From a virus: a stretch of DNA of 64,000 bases. Both the position numbers and the translations under genes were made by a program. Location: positions 32,001 through 96,000 of the IMG/VR virus record IMGVR_UViG_3300027754_005988. One strand, written 5' to 3'. Shown piece after piece: positions 1-8,861 of this stretch. The notes below the pieces were generated by a model that made no database searches, was not told the DNA's origin, and saw only the letters and a list, made by a program, of their open reading frames with translations. Positions within the stretch are counted from its first letter, which is position 1. Every line of letters starts with the position of its first letter.

Positions 1-1
1 A

Positions 2-211
2 AATAATGGTTCAGCAACAACTACAACTACTAATAATAGTTTATGGGATGAATTAACTATTGTTGCATCAACCGCATCTCAAACATCTGCATTACCAGTA
101 TATGAAATACCCCTTAACTTTGCTTTACCTCCAAGTTATAGACTTTATGTTACACTTGGTACTAGTGGGGCTACTGGTTATGATGTTGTTACAATTGGTG
201 GTAAATATTAA
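2..211 (+). CDS. 3' end of a phage protein, probably virion-associated (truncated at window start; not in ORF track)
   Basis: Frame 2 is open from the window start: NNGSATTTTTNNSLWDELTIVASTASQTSALPVYEIPLNFALPPSYRLYVTLGTSGATGYDVVTIGGKY*, with TAA at 209-211, 8 nt before the next gene. Confidence 0.8.
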   Translation, partial: NNGSATTTTTNNSLWDELTIVASTASQTSALPVYEIPLNFALPPSYRLYVTLGTSGATGYDVVTIGGKY

Positions 212-219
212 TATTATTT

Positions 220-1149
220 ATGATAGATACGTTTCACATATTAGATAGTAATTTATATAACCAAACGTTTTATTATAACGGTATAACTAATTGGCAAGTA
301 TGGCAAAAACCACCTAATTGTAGTTTTGTTAACATATTTTTATTAGGTGGTGGTGCTGGTGGTCAAGGTGGTGAAATAGGTGCTGGTGGGGCTGGTGGTG
401 TTACTAGAGATGGTGGTAGAGGTGGTGGTTCATCATCTGTTACATATGCAACTTTCCCAGCTTTTGCAATTCCTGATACCTTATATATAGAAGTCGGTAA
501 GGGTGGTTTAGGTGGTGCACCAGCATTAAGTTCTGGTGTTAATGGTGAAGCTGGTGCATTATCTTATGTATCTGTATTACCAGATTCAAATTATACACCA
601 CAAAATATATTAATACCTAGTGGTAATGCAGCTGCGACATCATTAGGTGTTGGTGGCACAGCTATAGTACTTGCTCAAGTAATATTATCTCAAGTAACAT
701 TACTTTCATCATATCCTGGTCAAGATGGTGGTTCTGGTGGTGCTAGTTCAACACCTGCTACTAATTTAACACCTACAGTTATACCCCTTACAGGTGGTGC
801 TGGTGGTAGTGGTTGTAGTAGTGTTGGTACTTTGGGTGCAGCTGCTAGCATAAATGGATTTTTATCTTTCCCAACAATTCCAGCTGGTGTTAGTCGTGCA
901 ACACTTGGTGGTACTGATGGTGGTAGTGGGTACTCCACAAGAGAAAATTTTAATAATTTAAACTATAGATTACCATTATTCTTTACAGGTGGAGCTGGTG
1001 GTGGAGCTGGTGATACATCAACTGGTGGTAGAGGTGGAAATGGTGCATTTGGTTGTGGTGGCGGTGGTGGTGGTGCTGGTGTAACAAATAGCACTGGTGG
1101 TAATGGTGGTAATGGTGGTAATGGTTTAGTAATAATAACAGTTTCATAA
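220..1149 (+). CDS. Glycine-rich virion/tail-fibre-like protein, paralogue 1
   Basis: MIDTF...QTFY...WQVWQKP...FLLGGGAGG at the N-terminus and GGNGGNGGNGLVIIT at the C-terminus, typical of phage Gly-rich domains; lies upstream of the sheath gene. Confidence 0.7.
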   Translation: MIDTFHILDSNLYNQTFYYNGITNWQVWQKPPNCSFVNIFLLGGGAGGQGGEIGAGGAGGVTRDGGRGGGSSSVTYATFPAFAIPDTLYIEVGKGGLGGAPALSSGVNGEAGALSYVSVLPDSNYTPQNILIPSGNAAATSLGVGGTAIVLAQVILSQVTLLSSYPGQDGGSGGASSTPATNLTPTVIPLTGGAGGSGCSSVGTLGAAASINGFLSFPTIPAGVSRATLGGTDGGSGYSTRENFNNLNYRLPLFFTGGAGGGAGDTSTGGRGGNGAFGCGGGGGGAGVTNSTGGNGGNGGNGLVIITVS

Positions 1150-1161
1150 TAATAATAATAT

Positions 1162-2070
1162 ATGTTAGATTTATTTAATTTATCAGATAATACATGTAGT
1201 TTAAAAAGACAAGTATTTAACTGTAACGCTTCGACTGGTTCTACTTGGCAAACATGGGTTAAACCTAGAAATACTAAATTTGTTCACATATTTGCTATTG
1301 GTAGTGGTGGTGGTGGTGGTGGTGGTCAAACAAATCCTGCTGGTAACACTAGAAGAGGTGGTGGTAGTGGTGGTTCATCATCTGTTGCTACTGGGTTATT
1401 TATAGCTAGTTTAATTCCAGATATATTATATATACAAGTAGGGCCTGGTGGTGCTGGTGGTAGTGCTAATAATGCTGGTGGAACAGGTGATTTATCATAT
1501 GTTTCATTATATCCAGATACAACAATTAATCCAGGAAATATTATCTTACAAAGTGGTGATTCACCAGCTGGTGGTGCTGCCAGTATCGCTGCTGGTGGTA
1601 CTGCTGGTGCTGCTGGCGCAGCTTGGACTGGTACATTATTCGATAAAAATGGATTAGTTAGTGTATTTGATGGTCAGATAGGTGTTACTGGACCAACAGG
1701 TGCCGCAACTAGTAAAAGTATTAGTGGTCTTACATCAGCTGGGGCTTCTGGTGGTGGTGTTGCAACATCTACACCTTCTGCTGGTGGTAATATAACTGGT
1801 ATAGGTTTTATACCAACTATAAGTGGTGGTGTTGTAAGTGGTGGTACTGGTGGTCACGGTTATGCTAGTACTATACCATCTAATAATATGACATCTAGGT
1901 TACCAATGATTTTTACAGGTGGTGCTGGTGGTGGTGCATCAAATGCAACTGCTGGTGCTAACGGTGGAAATGGTAGTTATGGTTCTGGTGGTGGTGGTGG
2001 AGGTGGTGGAACCACTGGTGGTAATGGTGGTAATGGTGGTAATGGTGTTATTATAATAACTTCTTGGTAA
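1162..2070 (+). CDS. Glycine-rich virion/tail-fibre-like protein, paralogue 2
   Basis: Same architecture (WQTWVKP, GGGGGGG, PDILYIQVGPGG, GGNGGNGGNGVIIITSW). Confidence 0.7.
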   Translation: MLDLFNLSDNTCSLKRQVFNCNASTGSTWQTWVKPRNTKFVHIFAIGSGGGGGGGQTNPAGNTRRGGGSGGSSSVATGLFIASLIPDILYIQVGPGGAGGSANNAGGTGDLSYVSLYPDTTINPGNIILQSGDSPAGGAASIAAGGTAGAAGAAWTGTLFDKNGLVSVFDGQIGVTGPTGAATSKSISGLTSAGASGGGVATSTPSAGGNITGIGFIPTISGGVVSGGTGGHGYASTIPSNNMTSRLPMIFTGGAGGGASNATAGANGGNGSYGSGGGGGGGGTTGGNGGNGGNGVIIITSW

Positions 2071-2085
2071 AATATATAATATAAT

Positions 2086-3036
2086 ATGATAGATACTTTT
2101 AATATCCCAGATAATAGTTTAAATAATCAAATATTTTACTGCACATCTGGTACAACTTCATGGCAAACTTGGCAAAAACCTAATGGTGTTAGATTTATAT
2201 ACTTCTACTTAATTAGTGGTGGTGGTGGTGGTGGTGGTGGTCGTTATGGTGCTGGTTCAGGTGCTGGTGCTGGTGGAGGCGGTGGTGGTTCAACAATAAC
2301 AATAGGATTATTCCCAGCATGTTTATTACCAGATACATTATATATACAAGTAGGTAATGGTGGTTTAGGTGGTGCTGGTGGTAGTAATGGTGCTGCTACA
2401 TCTGGTGGTAATGGTGGTAATGGTGGATTATCATATGTTTCAATTAGTTCTACAACAACTACTAACGCTATTGTTATGCAAAGCGGTGATTCAGCACCAA
2501 CAGGTGGTGGTGGTAGTAGTGGTACTGGTGGTGGTGGTGCTGGTGGTGGTAGTAATTCTTGGTCATATACTAACAATATCTTCCCACAATTAGGTAATAT
2601 ATTTTCAGTAAACGGTGATTCTGGTAGTGGTGGTGGTCAGTCTTTAGTCTCAGTTGTAGACGTTGATATATCTATACCATTAACTGGTGGTGGTGGTGGT
2701 GGTGGGTCTGGTATTAATGGTAGAGGTGCCCATATTACCGATACATCTTTTTTATTAGATTTTGTACCAACAGTATCAGGAGGGACAAATGCTACTACAG
2801 TAGCTAGTAGTGGGTTTATTTCTAATATACCATCTACTAATTCATCAGCAAAACAAATGTTCTTAACTACAGGTGGTGGTGGTGGTTATGGTAGTAGTAC
2901 TTCTGATGGTGGTAATGGTGGTAATGGTGGTTATGGTTCTGGTGGTGGTGGTGGTGGTGGAGCATCAACTATTGGTCGTTCTGCTGGTAATGGTGGAAAA
3001 GGTGGAGATGGTTTAATAATGATTACATGTTGGTAA
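2086..3036 (+). CDS. Glycine-rich virion/tail-fibre-like protein, paralogue 3
   Basis: Same architecture (WQTWQKP, (GGT)8 run at 2218-2241, PDTLYIQVGNGG, GGKGGDGLIMITCW). Confidence 0.7.
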   Translation: MIDTFNIPDNSLNNQIFYCTSGTTSWQTWQKPNGVRFIYFYLISGGGGGGGGRYGAGSGAGAGGGGGGSTITIGLFPACLLPDTLYIQVGNGGLGGAGGSNGAATSGGNGGNGGLSYVSISSTTTTNAIVMQSGDSAPTGGGGSSGTGGGGAGGGSNSWSYTNNIFPQLGNIFSVNGDSGSGGGQSLVSVVDVDISIPLTGGGGGGGSGINGRGAHITDTSFLLDFVPTVSGGTNATTVASSGFISNIPSTNSSAKQMFLTTGGGGGYGSSTSDGGNGGNGGYGSGGGGGGGASTIGRSAGNGGKGGDGLIMITCW

Positions 3037-3189
3037 TTAATCCTCATCATATAACCCTTTTTTAGGTATACATTTTTCTTTTATTAATGTTTCTACGAAT
3101 TGAAACATTTTCAATCCTTTTTCTTCACAATACTTTTTAAGTATTTCGTGTGTTTTTGCTGTTATTTTTAAGTTTTTATCTCTTTTCAT
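3037..3189 (-). CDS. Small ribbon-helix-helix (CopG/Arc-like) DNA-binding protein, 50 aa (not in ORF track)
   Basis: Manual translation gives MKRDKNLKITAKTHEILKKYCEEKGLKMFQFVETLIKEKCIPKKGLYDED*. It shows an alternating beta-strand (NLKI) followed by two amphipathic helices joined by Gly. Confidence 0.7.
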   Translation of the reverse strand: MKRDKNLKITAKTHEILKKYCEEKGLKMFQFVETLIKEKCIPKKGLYDED

Positions 3190-3205
3190 GGCGTTTCATC
3201 TAATA

Positions 3206-3236
3206 AGTATGATAAAAGTATGTCAAAAATCATACT
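3206..3236. promoter_or_regulatory. Operator-like repeats AGTATGAT / AGTATG / ATCATACT upstream of the RHH-like gene
   Basis: AGTATGAT 3206-3213, AGTATG 3217-3222, inverted ATCATACT 3229-3236. On the minus strand a TATTTAT motif (3240-3246) lies immediately upstream. Confidence 0.5.
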
Positions 3237-3284
3237 AAAATAAATATATCTTTTTTTTAAACATTACTTTTGAAAAAAACCTAA

Positions 3285-3292
3285 TATTTATA
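3285..3292 (+). promoter_or_regulatory. Phage promoter motif TATTTATA (sheath gene)
   Basis: The same motif recurs in intergenic DNA before many gene starts. Confidence 0.55.
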
Positions 3293-3345
3293 ATAAACAA
3301 TCGAATAAAGTAAATAATAACAAAAACAAAACAAAAAAATTATCT

Positions 3346-6225
3346 ATGGACAACAATTTTATTAGAAAAAGCCCTGGTGTATACAGTACGGTGAAAGATA
3401 ACACTTTTACAACTGCTGGTGCTGGAGTATCATCAGTTGGTTTGGTTGGTGAAACCAAAATCGGACCAGCTTTTCAACCAATATTTATAAAAAGTTGGGA
3501 TGAGTTCACAAATTATTTTGGAGGAACCGACACAACTTTAGTGAAAGAAACTGGTTATCCACAATATGAATTACCTTATATTGCATTAAAATATTTTAAT
3601 ACTAACGTAGCTAGCGCATTATTCGTTACTAGAGTATTAGGTTTGTCTGGTTATGATGCTGGTTTAGCTTGGGGTTTAACTTTGGATTCAGCTTTGGATG
3701 ATTCAACAGTTGTAACAACAAATACTGGAACAACTCGTTCACCTTTAATAACCTATACCGCAACATCTGCTGGTACAATCGTAACTTTAGTTTCTACTGA
3801 TGCGGTAATACAAACACTTATTAATAATTCAGATAGTGACTTATTAGGTCAATTAGGCTTTTTAGGTTTAGCTAACACAGGTGATACAGCAAGTATTGAC
3901 CCAATATATTATAAGTCAGGTACCGTATTTAGTGGTGTTTCATTTAATTTAACTGTAACTACTAAAGGAACTGCTAATGCTGGTACTCTTGTAACTGGTG
4001 TAACAACTGGTGTTACTGTACAATACTCTGGAACAGTTTATTCTGAAATTGAAAATCAGTTGGTAGCGTTATTACGTTCTAGAGCTACTGTTAATTTAAC
4101 AACACAAGCACCAGTATTTGAATTATCAGCATCTACAAATCTTGGATTTAGTTCAACTGGTTCTACATCAGTAACTGACCCTAAAGGTACTTTTTATTTA
4201 ACTGGTACATCAACATCTCAAGGTGCTTTTAGTTACGCATTATCATTAAATTCAGCTTCACCAAACAATGATTATTTACCTTTAGCTTTAGGTAGAAATA
4301 ATGACGATAAAAGTACTGCAATATTTGTTGAAGAGTTTTTCCCTACTATGTTAAATTCTGCAATAGTTGCTAATAAAGTAAGAGGTATTAAACAATCATT
4401 GGTTAGTTATAGTGATTCATTTAAAGATTACTTACAACAATTCCAACCAGCAATAACTCCATGGGTTGTATCTGAATTACGTGGTAATAAAGTATTAAGA
4501 CTTTTTAGATTTGTAACCATTTCTGATGGTAATGCAGCTAACGAACAATTTAAAATATCTATTACCAATATTAAACCTGATGAAAAAACATTTAATGTAT
4601 TGGTTAGAAGATTTAATGATGCAGACGATAGTAAAGAAATAGAATCATACGGAAATTGTACAATGGATAAAACTTCCATTAATTATATTGGTAGAAAAAT
4701 TGGTACTATTGATGGTAATTTCCCTGCTGTTAGTAAATATATGCTTGTTGAACCTGATGAAACTTCTAATACTAATGACGCATTTCCAGCTGGTTTTGTT
4801 GGGTATCCTATTAGAGATTACCAATCTAATTCAAATACAACAGTTGCTAATCCAGATTTGATGTATAAACAAACATACAGCGCTACTGAAACCAAATCAA
4901 AAGTAACTTTAGGTATTTCTAAATCTGTTGGTGTTGATTCTGATTTCTTTGATTACAAAGGTGTTCCTCAAACTACATCACCAGATGTTTGGACAGGTAT
5001 GACAAATGGTTTCCACATGGATGTTAATGCTTCAGCGGTAACTATTGATAAAGTATATATTGTTATAAATGCTAGTGGTGGTACTTACAGTCCAATTTTC
5101 AAATTTGACACTGGTAATTGGCAGTTTAGAACAGATTCTGGTTTAATTGGTGGACCTTATGATAAACTAGACGCTAGAAAATTCACATTTGCACCTTACG
5201 GTGGATTTGATGGTTGGGATGAGCATAGAGATGGTAGAAGTAATACAGATAAATACACAGTAAATGGTACTTATGGTGTTGCTGGATTTAATAACGGAGA
5301 AACATTTAAAAAGATTACCTTATCTGATGGTAGTATTGGTTTAAATTCTGATTATTATGCATTTTTAGAAGCTATTTGGACATTTAAAAACCCAGAAGCA
5401 ACAAATATCAATGTATTTGCTACCCCAGGTATTGATTGTTTTAACCACACAAATTTAGTTGAAGCTACAATTGATATGGTTGAAAACGATAGAGCAGATT
5501 CATTATATGTAATGACAACACCAGATAATGTTGATGGTACTAACTTAACAGCTACAGAAGTTGTAAATCAAATTGACGGTTTATATGATAGTAGCTTTAC
5601 ATGTACTTACTGGCCATGGATTCAAATGGTTGATGAAGAGGCAAACAAACAAATTTGGCTTCCATCTACTTGTTATGTTATTGCTGATTTAGCTATAAAT
5701 GACTCTAATGGATATCCTTGGTATGCTGCTGCTGGTGTTAATCGCGGTAATATTGGTAACGCAGATGGACTTGTTATTCAAGCTAGAAAAGTTCTTACAC
5801 AAGGTGATAGAGATACATTATATGAAGGAAGAATTAATCCAATTGCAACATTTGAAGGTAATAGATACATTTGGGGTAATAAAACACTTCAAATAGCTGA
5901 TTCAGCTCTTAATAGAGTAAATGTTAGAAGACTTTTACTATACGCAATAAAAATGGTTACTGCTGTTGGTAGAAACCTATTGTTTGAGCAAAATGATGCA
6001 ATTGTTAGAAATCAATTCTTAAGTCAAGTTAATCCAATATTGGACAATATTAGAGCCAATAGAGGTCTATACGATTTCAAAGTTGTTCTTTCAAATAGTC
6101 CAGAAGATTTCGATAGAAATCAATTAACTGGTAAAATTTATTTGAAACCTACAAAAGTGTTAGAATTCATCGAAATGGAATTTAACGTAATGGGTTACGG
6201 TGCAAATTTGAATAGTAATCAATAA
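3346..6225 (+). CDS. Contractile tail sheath protein (T4 gp18-like)
   Basis: N-terminal SPGVYS..D motif. C-terminal sheath domain: INVFATPG, YWPW, PWYAAAG..RG, RINPI, WGNKTL, RVNVRRLL, LFEQND. Confidence 0.95.
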   Translation: MDNNFIRKSPGVYSTVKDNTFTTAGAGVSSVGLVGETKIGPAFQPIFIKSWDEFTNYFGGTDTTLVKETGYPQYELPYIALKYFNTNVASALFVTRVLGLSGYDAGLAWGLTLDSALDDSTVVTTNTGTTRSPLITYTATSAGTIVTLVSTDAVIQTLINNSDSDLLGQLGFLGLANTGDTASIDPIYYKSGTVFSGVSFNLTVTTKGTANAGTLVTGVTTGVTVQYSGTVYSEIENQLVALLRSRATVNLTTQAPVFELSASTNLGFSSTGSTSVTDPKGTFYLTGTSTSQGAFSYALSLNSASPNNDYLPLALGRNNDDKSTAIFVEEFFPTMLNSAIVANKVRGIKQSLVSYSDSFKDYLQQFQPAITPWVVSELRGNKVLRLFRFVTISDGNAANEQFKISITNIKPDEKTFNVLVRRFNDADDSKEIESYGNCTMDKTSINYIGRKIGTIDGNFPAVSKYMLVEPDETSNTNDAFPAGFVGYPIRDYQSNSNTTVANPDLMYKQTYSATETKSKVTLGISKSVGVDSDFFDYKGVPQTTSPDVWTGMTNGFHMDVNASAVTIDKVYIVINASGGTYSPIFKFDTGNWQFRTDSGLIGGPYDKLDARKFTFAPYGGFDGWDEHRDGRSNTDKYTVNGTYGVAGFNNGETFKKITLSDGSIGLNSDYYAFLEAIWTFKNPEATNINVFATPGIDCFNHTNLVEATIDMVENDRADSLYVMTTPDNVDGTNLTATEVVNQIDGLYDSSFTCTYWPWIQMVDEEANKQIWLPSTCYVIADLAINDSNGYPWYAAAGVNRGNIGNADGLVIQARKVLTQGDRDTLYEGRINPIATFEGNRYIWGNKTLQIADSALNRVNVRRLLLYAIKMVTAVGRNLLFEQNDAIVRNQFLSQVNPILDNIRANRGLYDFKVVLSNSPEDFDRNQLTGKIYLKPTKVLEFIEMEFNVMGYGANLNSNQ

Positions 6226-6244
6226 TAAATTACAAAATTAACTT

Positions 6245-6270
6245 AAAACCCCCAACATTGGGGGTTTTTT
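6245..6270. terminator. Intrinsic terminator, probably bidirectional
   Basis: AAAACCCCCAA-CA-TTGGGGGTTTTTT just after the sheath stop. Confidence 0.85.
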
Positions 6271-6281
6271 GTTTTTTGTAA

Positions 6282-6289
6282 TATTTATA
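6282..6289 (+). promoter_or_regulatory. Phage promoter motif TATTTATA
   Basis: Lies between the terminator and the ATG at 6299. Confidence 0.55.
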
Positions 6290-6298
6290 TATAAACAA

Positions 6299-6709
6299 AT
6301 GATTATGAAAAAAATTATAATAACATCATCTCAATATAATAAAATATTATTACATGAACAACATGCTCGTTTATCAAATAATATATTAAATGAAAATGTT
6401 AATGAAATACTTATGGGGTTTTCTAAATTAATAAAAATACCACTTACTGGTTTAAATAAAATAAAAAGTGAGTCTGATTTAAAAAATAAAGATGTAATAT
6501 TAAAAATAAAAAATACACTAGAAGATAAAAATAAATTAAAAGATTTAGTTAAATTATTATCTGATAAAAGTGGAAATGAAGAAATTAAAATTAAGTTAGC
6601 AAATAATGCTCAAACTATAATTGATGATTATAATTATTTAGCAACAAAAAATGGTTTAAAAGATATGTTAGGGTTAGATGCTTTAACTAATCTTAAGGAA
6701 TTAGTTTAA
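6299..6709 (+). CDS. Hypothetical protein with MKKIIIT..QY N-terminus (possible internal head protein)
   Basis: The ORF-track start at 6269 lies inside the terminator; the real start is more likely ATG 6299 or 6305. N-terminus resembles ORF 11388. Confidence 0.7.
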   Translation: MIMKKIIITSSQYNKILLHEQHARLSNNILNENVNEILMGFSKLIKIPLTGLNKIKSESDLKNKDVILKIKNTLEDKNKLKDLVKLLSDKSGNEEIKIKLANNAQTIIDDYNYLATKNGLKDMLGLDALTNLKELV

Positions 6710-8243
6710 TATATTTTATAGTACCGCAATCATATATTCTATATATACCCCTATCTAACATAATCTGATGTTCAGTTTTAGAATGGTCATATCCTTCTTT
6801 AACTAAAACATCTTTTCTATACTTATACCTATTTTCTCTTTTTATGTTATTTATATAAAAGTAATTAGGTTTGGTATTGTTATGTTTTTTAAATCCTAAT
6901 TTTTCATATAAATTACCTAGACTCCATCGTCTATCAGCATAACTAATTATTTCTTTAGGTTTATAGTCTTTAATAAAATTTTTTAATAATTTATCAGCAC
7001 CACCAATAACAGTAGTATTTAGTTTATTACAAAATCTAATTAACTCATACGAATCTTCTTTATGGTTTAACCCTAATGATTTCCTTAGACCACCAAACGT
7101 CATTAAACTAACCAATTCAGAACCATAATATAATCCTAATCTAATTGTTGAATTAACATTTCCTTGAATATGATTATTATCTAAAAATAATTTTGAATTT
7201 TTAGAAGATACTTCTTTAATTACACACTTTCTACCAAATATTTTATTTGAAGTTACACCTAAAATATTGCTTAATCTTGATTTAACAATATCTTTTTTAG
7301 TTAACCATTCATCTTCAAAAATGTGTATTAGTTGTATTCCTAATTTTTCACATTCATTTGTTTTATTTAAATGATATTTATCATCTTTATAAATTTCAGA
7401 ATGCCAATATAATCCATTATACTCAATAGCTAAATTATGTGATGGTAGGTATATATCTAATTCTTTACCATTAAGTATTTTTCTATTACTTTTAATAGTT
7501 ATAGTATTTAATGAATTAATAAACTCAATTATTTCATTTTCTGGATAACTTATATTGTTTTTTATATCAACACAGGTTTTACAAATTGGTATTTCATTTT
7601 TAAACCTATAGTTTAATTCATTATTGTTAAATTCACTTAATTCATTACATGTATTACATTTAACAGTATAAAATCCATTCTCATTATTTAATATATTTAT
7701 TTTAACATATTTTTCTTTATTTTCAATTCTAATTTTGCTAGATTTAGATTGTGCTGGATATTCGGTATTATATTTTTTAATTGAACCTTCTTTAAAGATA
7801 GCTTTAACTCTATCCAATTTCATAACATTATCAACACCATACCTAGCTATATTGGTTTTTATAGTCTTTAATTTAACTTCTTCCGAAAAAAATGGTGTAG
7901 CACCACCATATATGGTTTTATTTGTTTCTTTTACTTTTTCAATATGGTTATTATTTTTATTGGTACATTTTAATGAACAATATTTACCATAACCATTATT
8001 TAATGATTTACCAAATTTCAATAACTTATCACATTCTAAACATTTAGGTTGTATTGTTTCATTATTTATAAAAAACCATATTTTTTCTTTAAATGAATAG
8101 TTAGATAATGAATATTTTTCAGAATATTTAATAACTTCATTGAATATATCTATAAATTTATTTTTTAATTTATCTTCACAGGTTTTCCAACCAGATTTAT
8201 TATTATTTAAAAAAAAATCTTTATATTTTATATTATTTTCCAT
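6693..8243 (-). CDS. Free-standing homing-endonuclease-like protein: Zn-ribbon/repeat N-terminus + PD-(D/E)xK (Vsr/DUF559-like) nuclease + GNAT/Mom-like C-terminus
   Basis: CxxC pairs and KTNxxxYG repeats; ELDIYLPSHNLAIEYNGLYWHS; FLDNNHIQG...YELIRFC...IISYADRRWSLGNLYEKLGF. Antisense insertion between sheath and tube genes. Confidence 0.8.
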   Translation of the reverse strand: MENNIKYKDFFLNNNKSGWKTCEDKLKNKFIDIFNEVIKYSEKYSLSNYSFKEKIWFFINNETIQPKCLECDKLLKFGKSLNNGYGKYCSLKCTNKNNNHIEKVKETNKTIYGGATPFFSEEVKLKTIKTNIARYGVDNVMKLDRVKAIFKEGSIKKYNTEYPAQSKSSKIRIENKEKYVKINILNNENGFYTVKCNTCNELSEFNNNELNYRFKNEIPICKTCVDIKNNISYPENEIIEFINSLNTITIKSNRKILNGKELDIYLPSHNLAIEYNGLYWHSEIYKDDKYHLNKTNECEKLGIQLIHIFEDEWLTKKDIVKSRLSNILGVTSNKIFGRKCVIKEVSSKNSKLFLDNNHIQGNVNSTIRLGLYYGSELVSLMTFGGLRKSLGLNHKEDSYELIRFCNKLNTTVIGGADKLLKNFIKDYKPKEIISYADRRWSLGNLYEKLGFKKHNNTKPNYFYINNIKRENRYKYRKDVLVKEGYDHSKTEHQIMLDRGIYRIYDCGTIKYIKLIP

Positions 8244-8250
8244 TTATAGA

Positions 8251-8279
8251 TATTTATTAACAAAGATACTAATATTTAT
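8251..8279 (+). promoter_or_regulatory. Two TATTTAT motifs (8251-8257, 8273-8279) before the tail tube gene; a TAnnTTTG element on the minus strand (8261-8268) faces the endonuclease
   Basis: Read directly. CAAAGATA reverse-complements to TATCTTTG; no matching -33 TTG was found. Confidence 0.45.
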
Positions 8280-8323
8280 CTGTAAATAAAATAAAAATAA
8301 CACAAAATTAAAAAAATATCACA

Positions 8324-8812
8324 ATGGCTGACTTATTAATGAAAATGCCCTTACCATACGAACCTAAGAAAAAGAATCGTTGGTTACTTACATTCCCAGC
8401 TGACCTTGGTATCCAACAGTGGTGGTTATCATCAGCATCAAGACCTTCAATTTCACAACAAGAGGTTGAGATTCCGTTCTTAAATACATCTACATGGGTT
8501 ATTGGTAGATTTACATGGGAATCAATTGATGTAACATTCCGTGACCCAATTGGTCCTTCTGCTGCACAAGCAATTATGGAATGGGTACGTTTACATTCAG
8601 AATCAATTACAGGTCGTCAAGGATACGCAGCTGGTTACAAAAGACCTGTTGACCTTGAAATGCTTGACCCGACTGGTGTTGTTATTGAGAAATGGTTATT
8701 AGATGGAACTATGTTAACAAACGTATCATTTGGTGATTTATCAATGGATGATGATGGTATTGCTGAGATTACCGCAACATTAAGATTTGACAGAGCTATA
8801 TTGCTGTTTTAA
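8324..8812 (+). CDS. Tail tube protein (T4 gp19-like)
   Basis: YEPKKKNRW, ASRPSI, GRFTWESIDVTFRDPI, IMEWV, MLDPTGVVIEKW, ITATLRFD; 162 aa, downstream of sheath. Confidence 0.92.
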   Translation: MADLLMKMPLPYEPKKKNRWLLTFPADLGIQQWWLSSASRPSISQQEVEIPFLNTSTWVIGRFTWESIDVTFRDPIGPSAAQAIMEWVRLHSESITGRQGYAAGYKRPVDLEMLDPTGVVIEKWLLDGTMLTNVSFGDLSMDDDGIAEITATLRFDRAILLF

Positions 8813-8861
8813 TAACTATCTGATAATTAAACACTTATAAAGTTTAATAAAAAAAATAATT

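Noticed and set aside
60-248. 62-aa ORF from the track
   Set aside because: It is an off-frame shadow of the real truncated gene in frame 2 (2-211) and of the next gene's start.
2218-2241. (GGT)8 run and similar G-rich tracts as G-quadruplex or phase-variation sites
   Set aside because: They are fully explained by poly-Gly coding; triplet slippage would keep the frame.
720-2593. Pro-rich and Val-rich ORFs (720-938, 1448-1657, 2244-2576, 2369-2593)
   Set aside because: They are alternative-frame and antisense readouts of GGT repeats in the Gly-rich genes.
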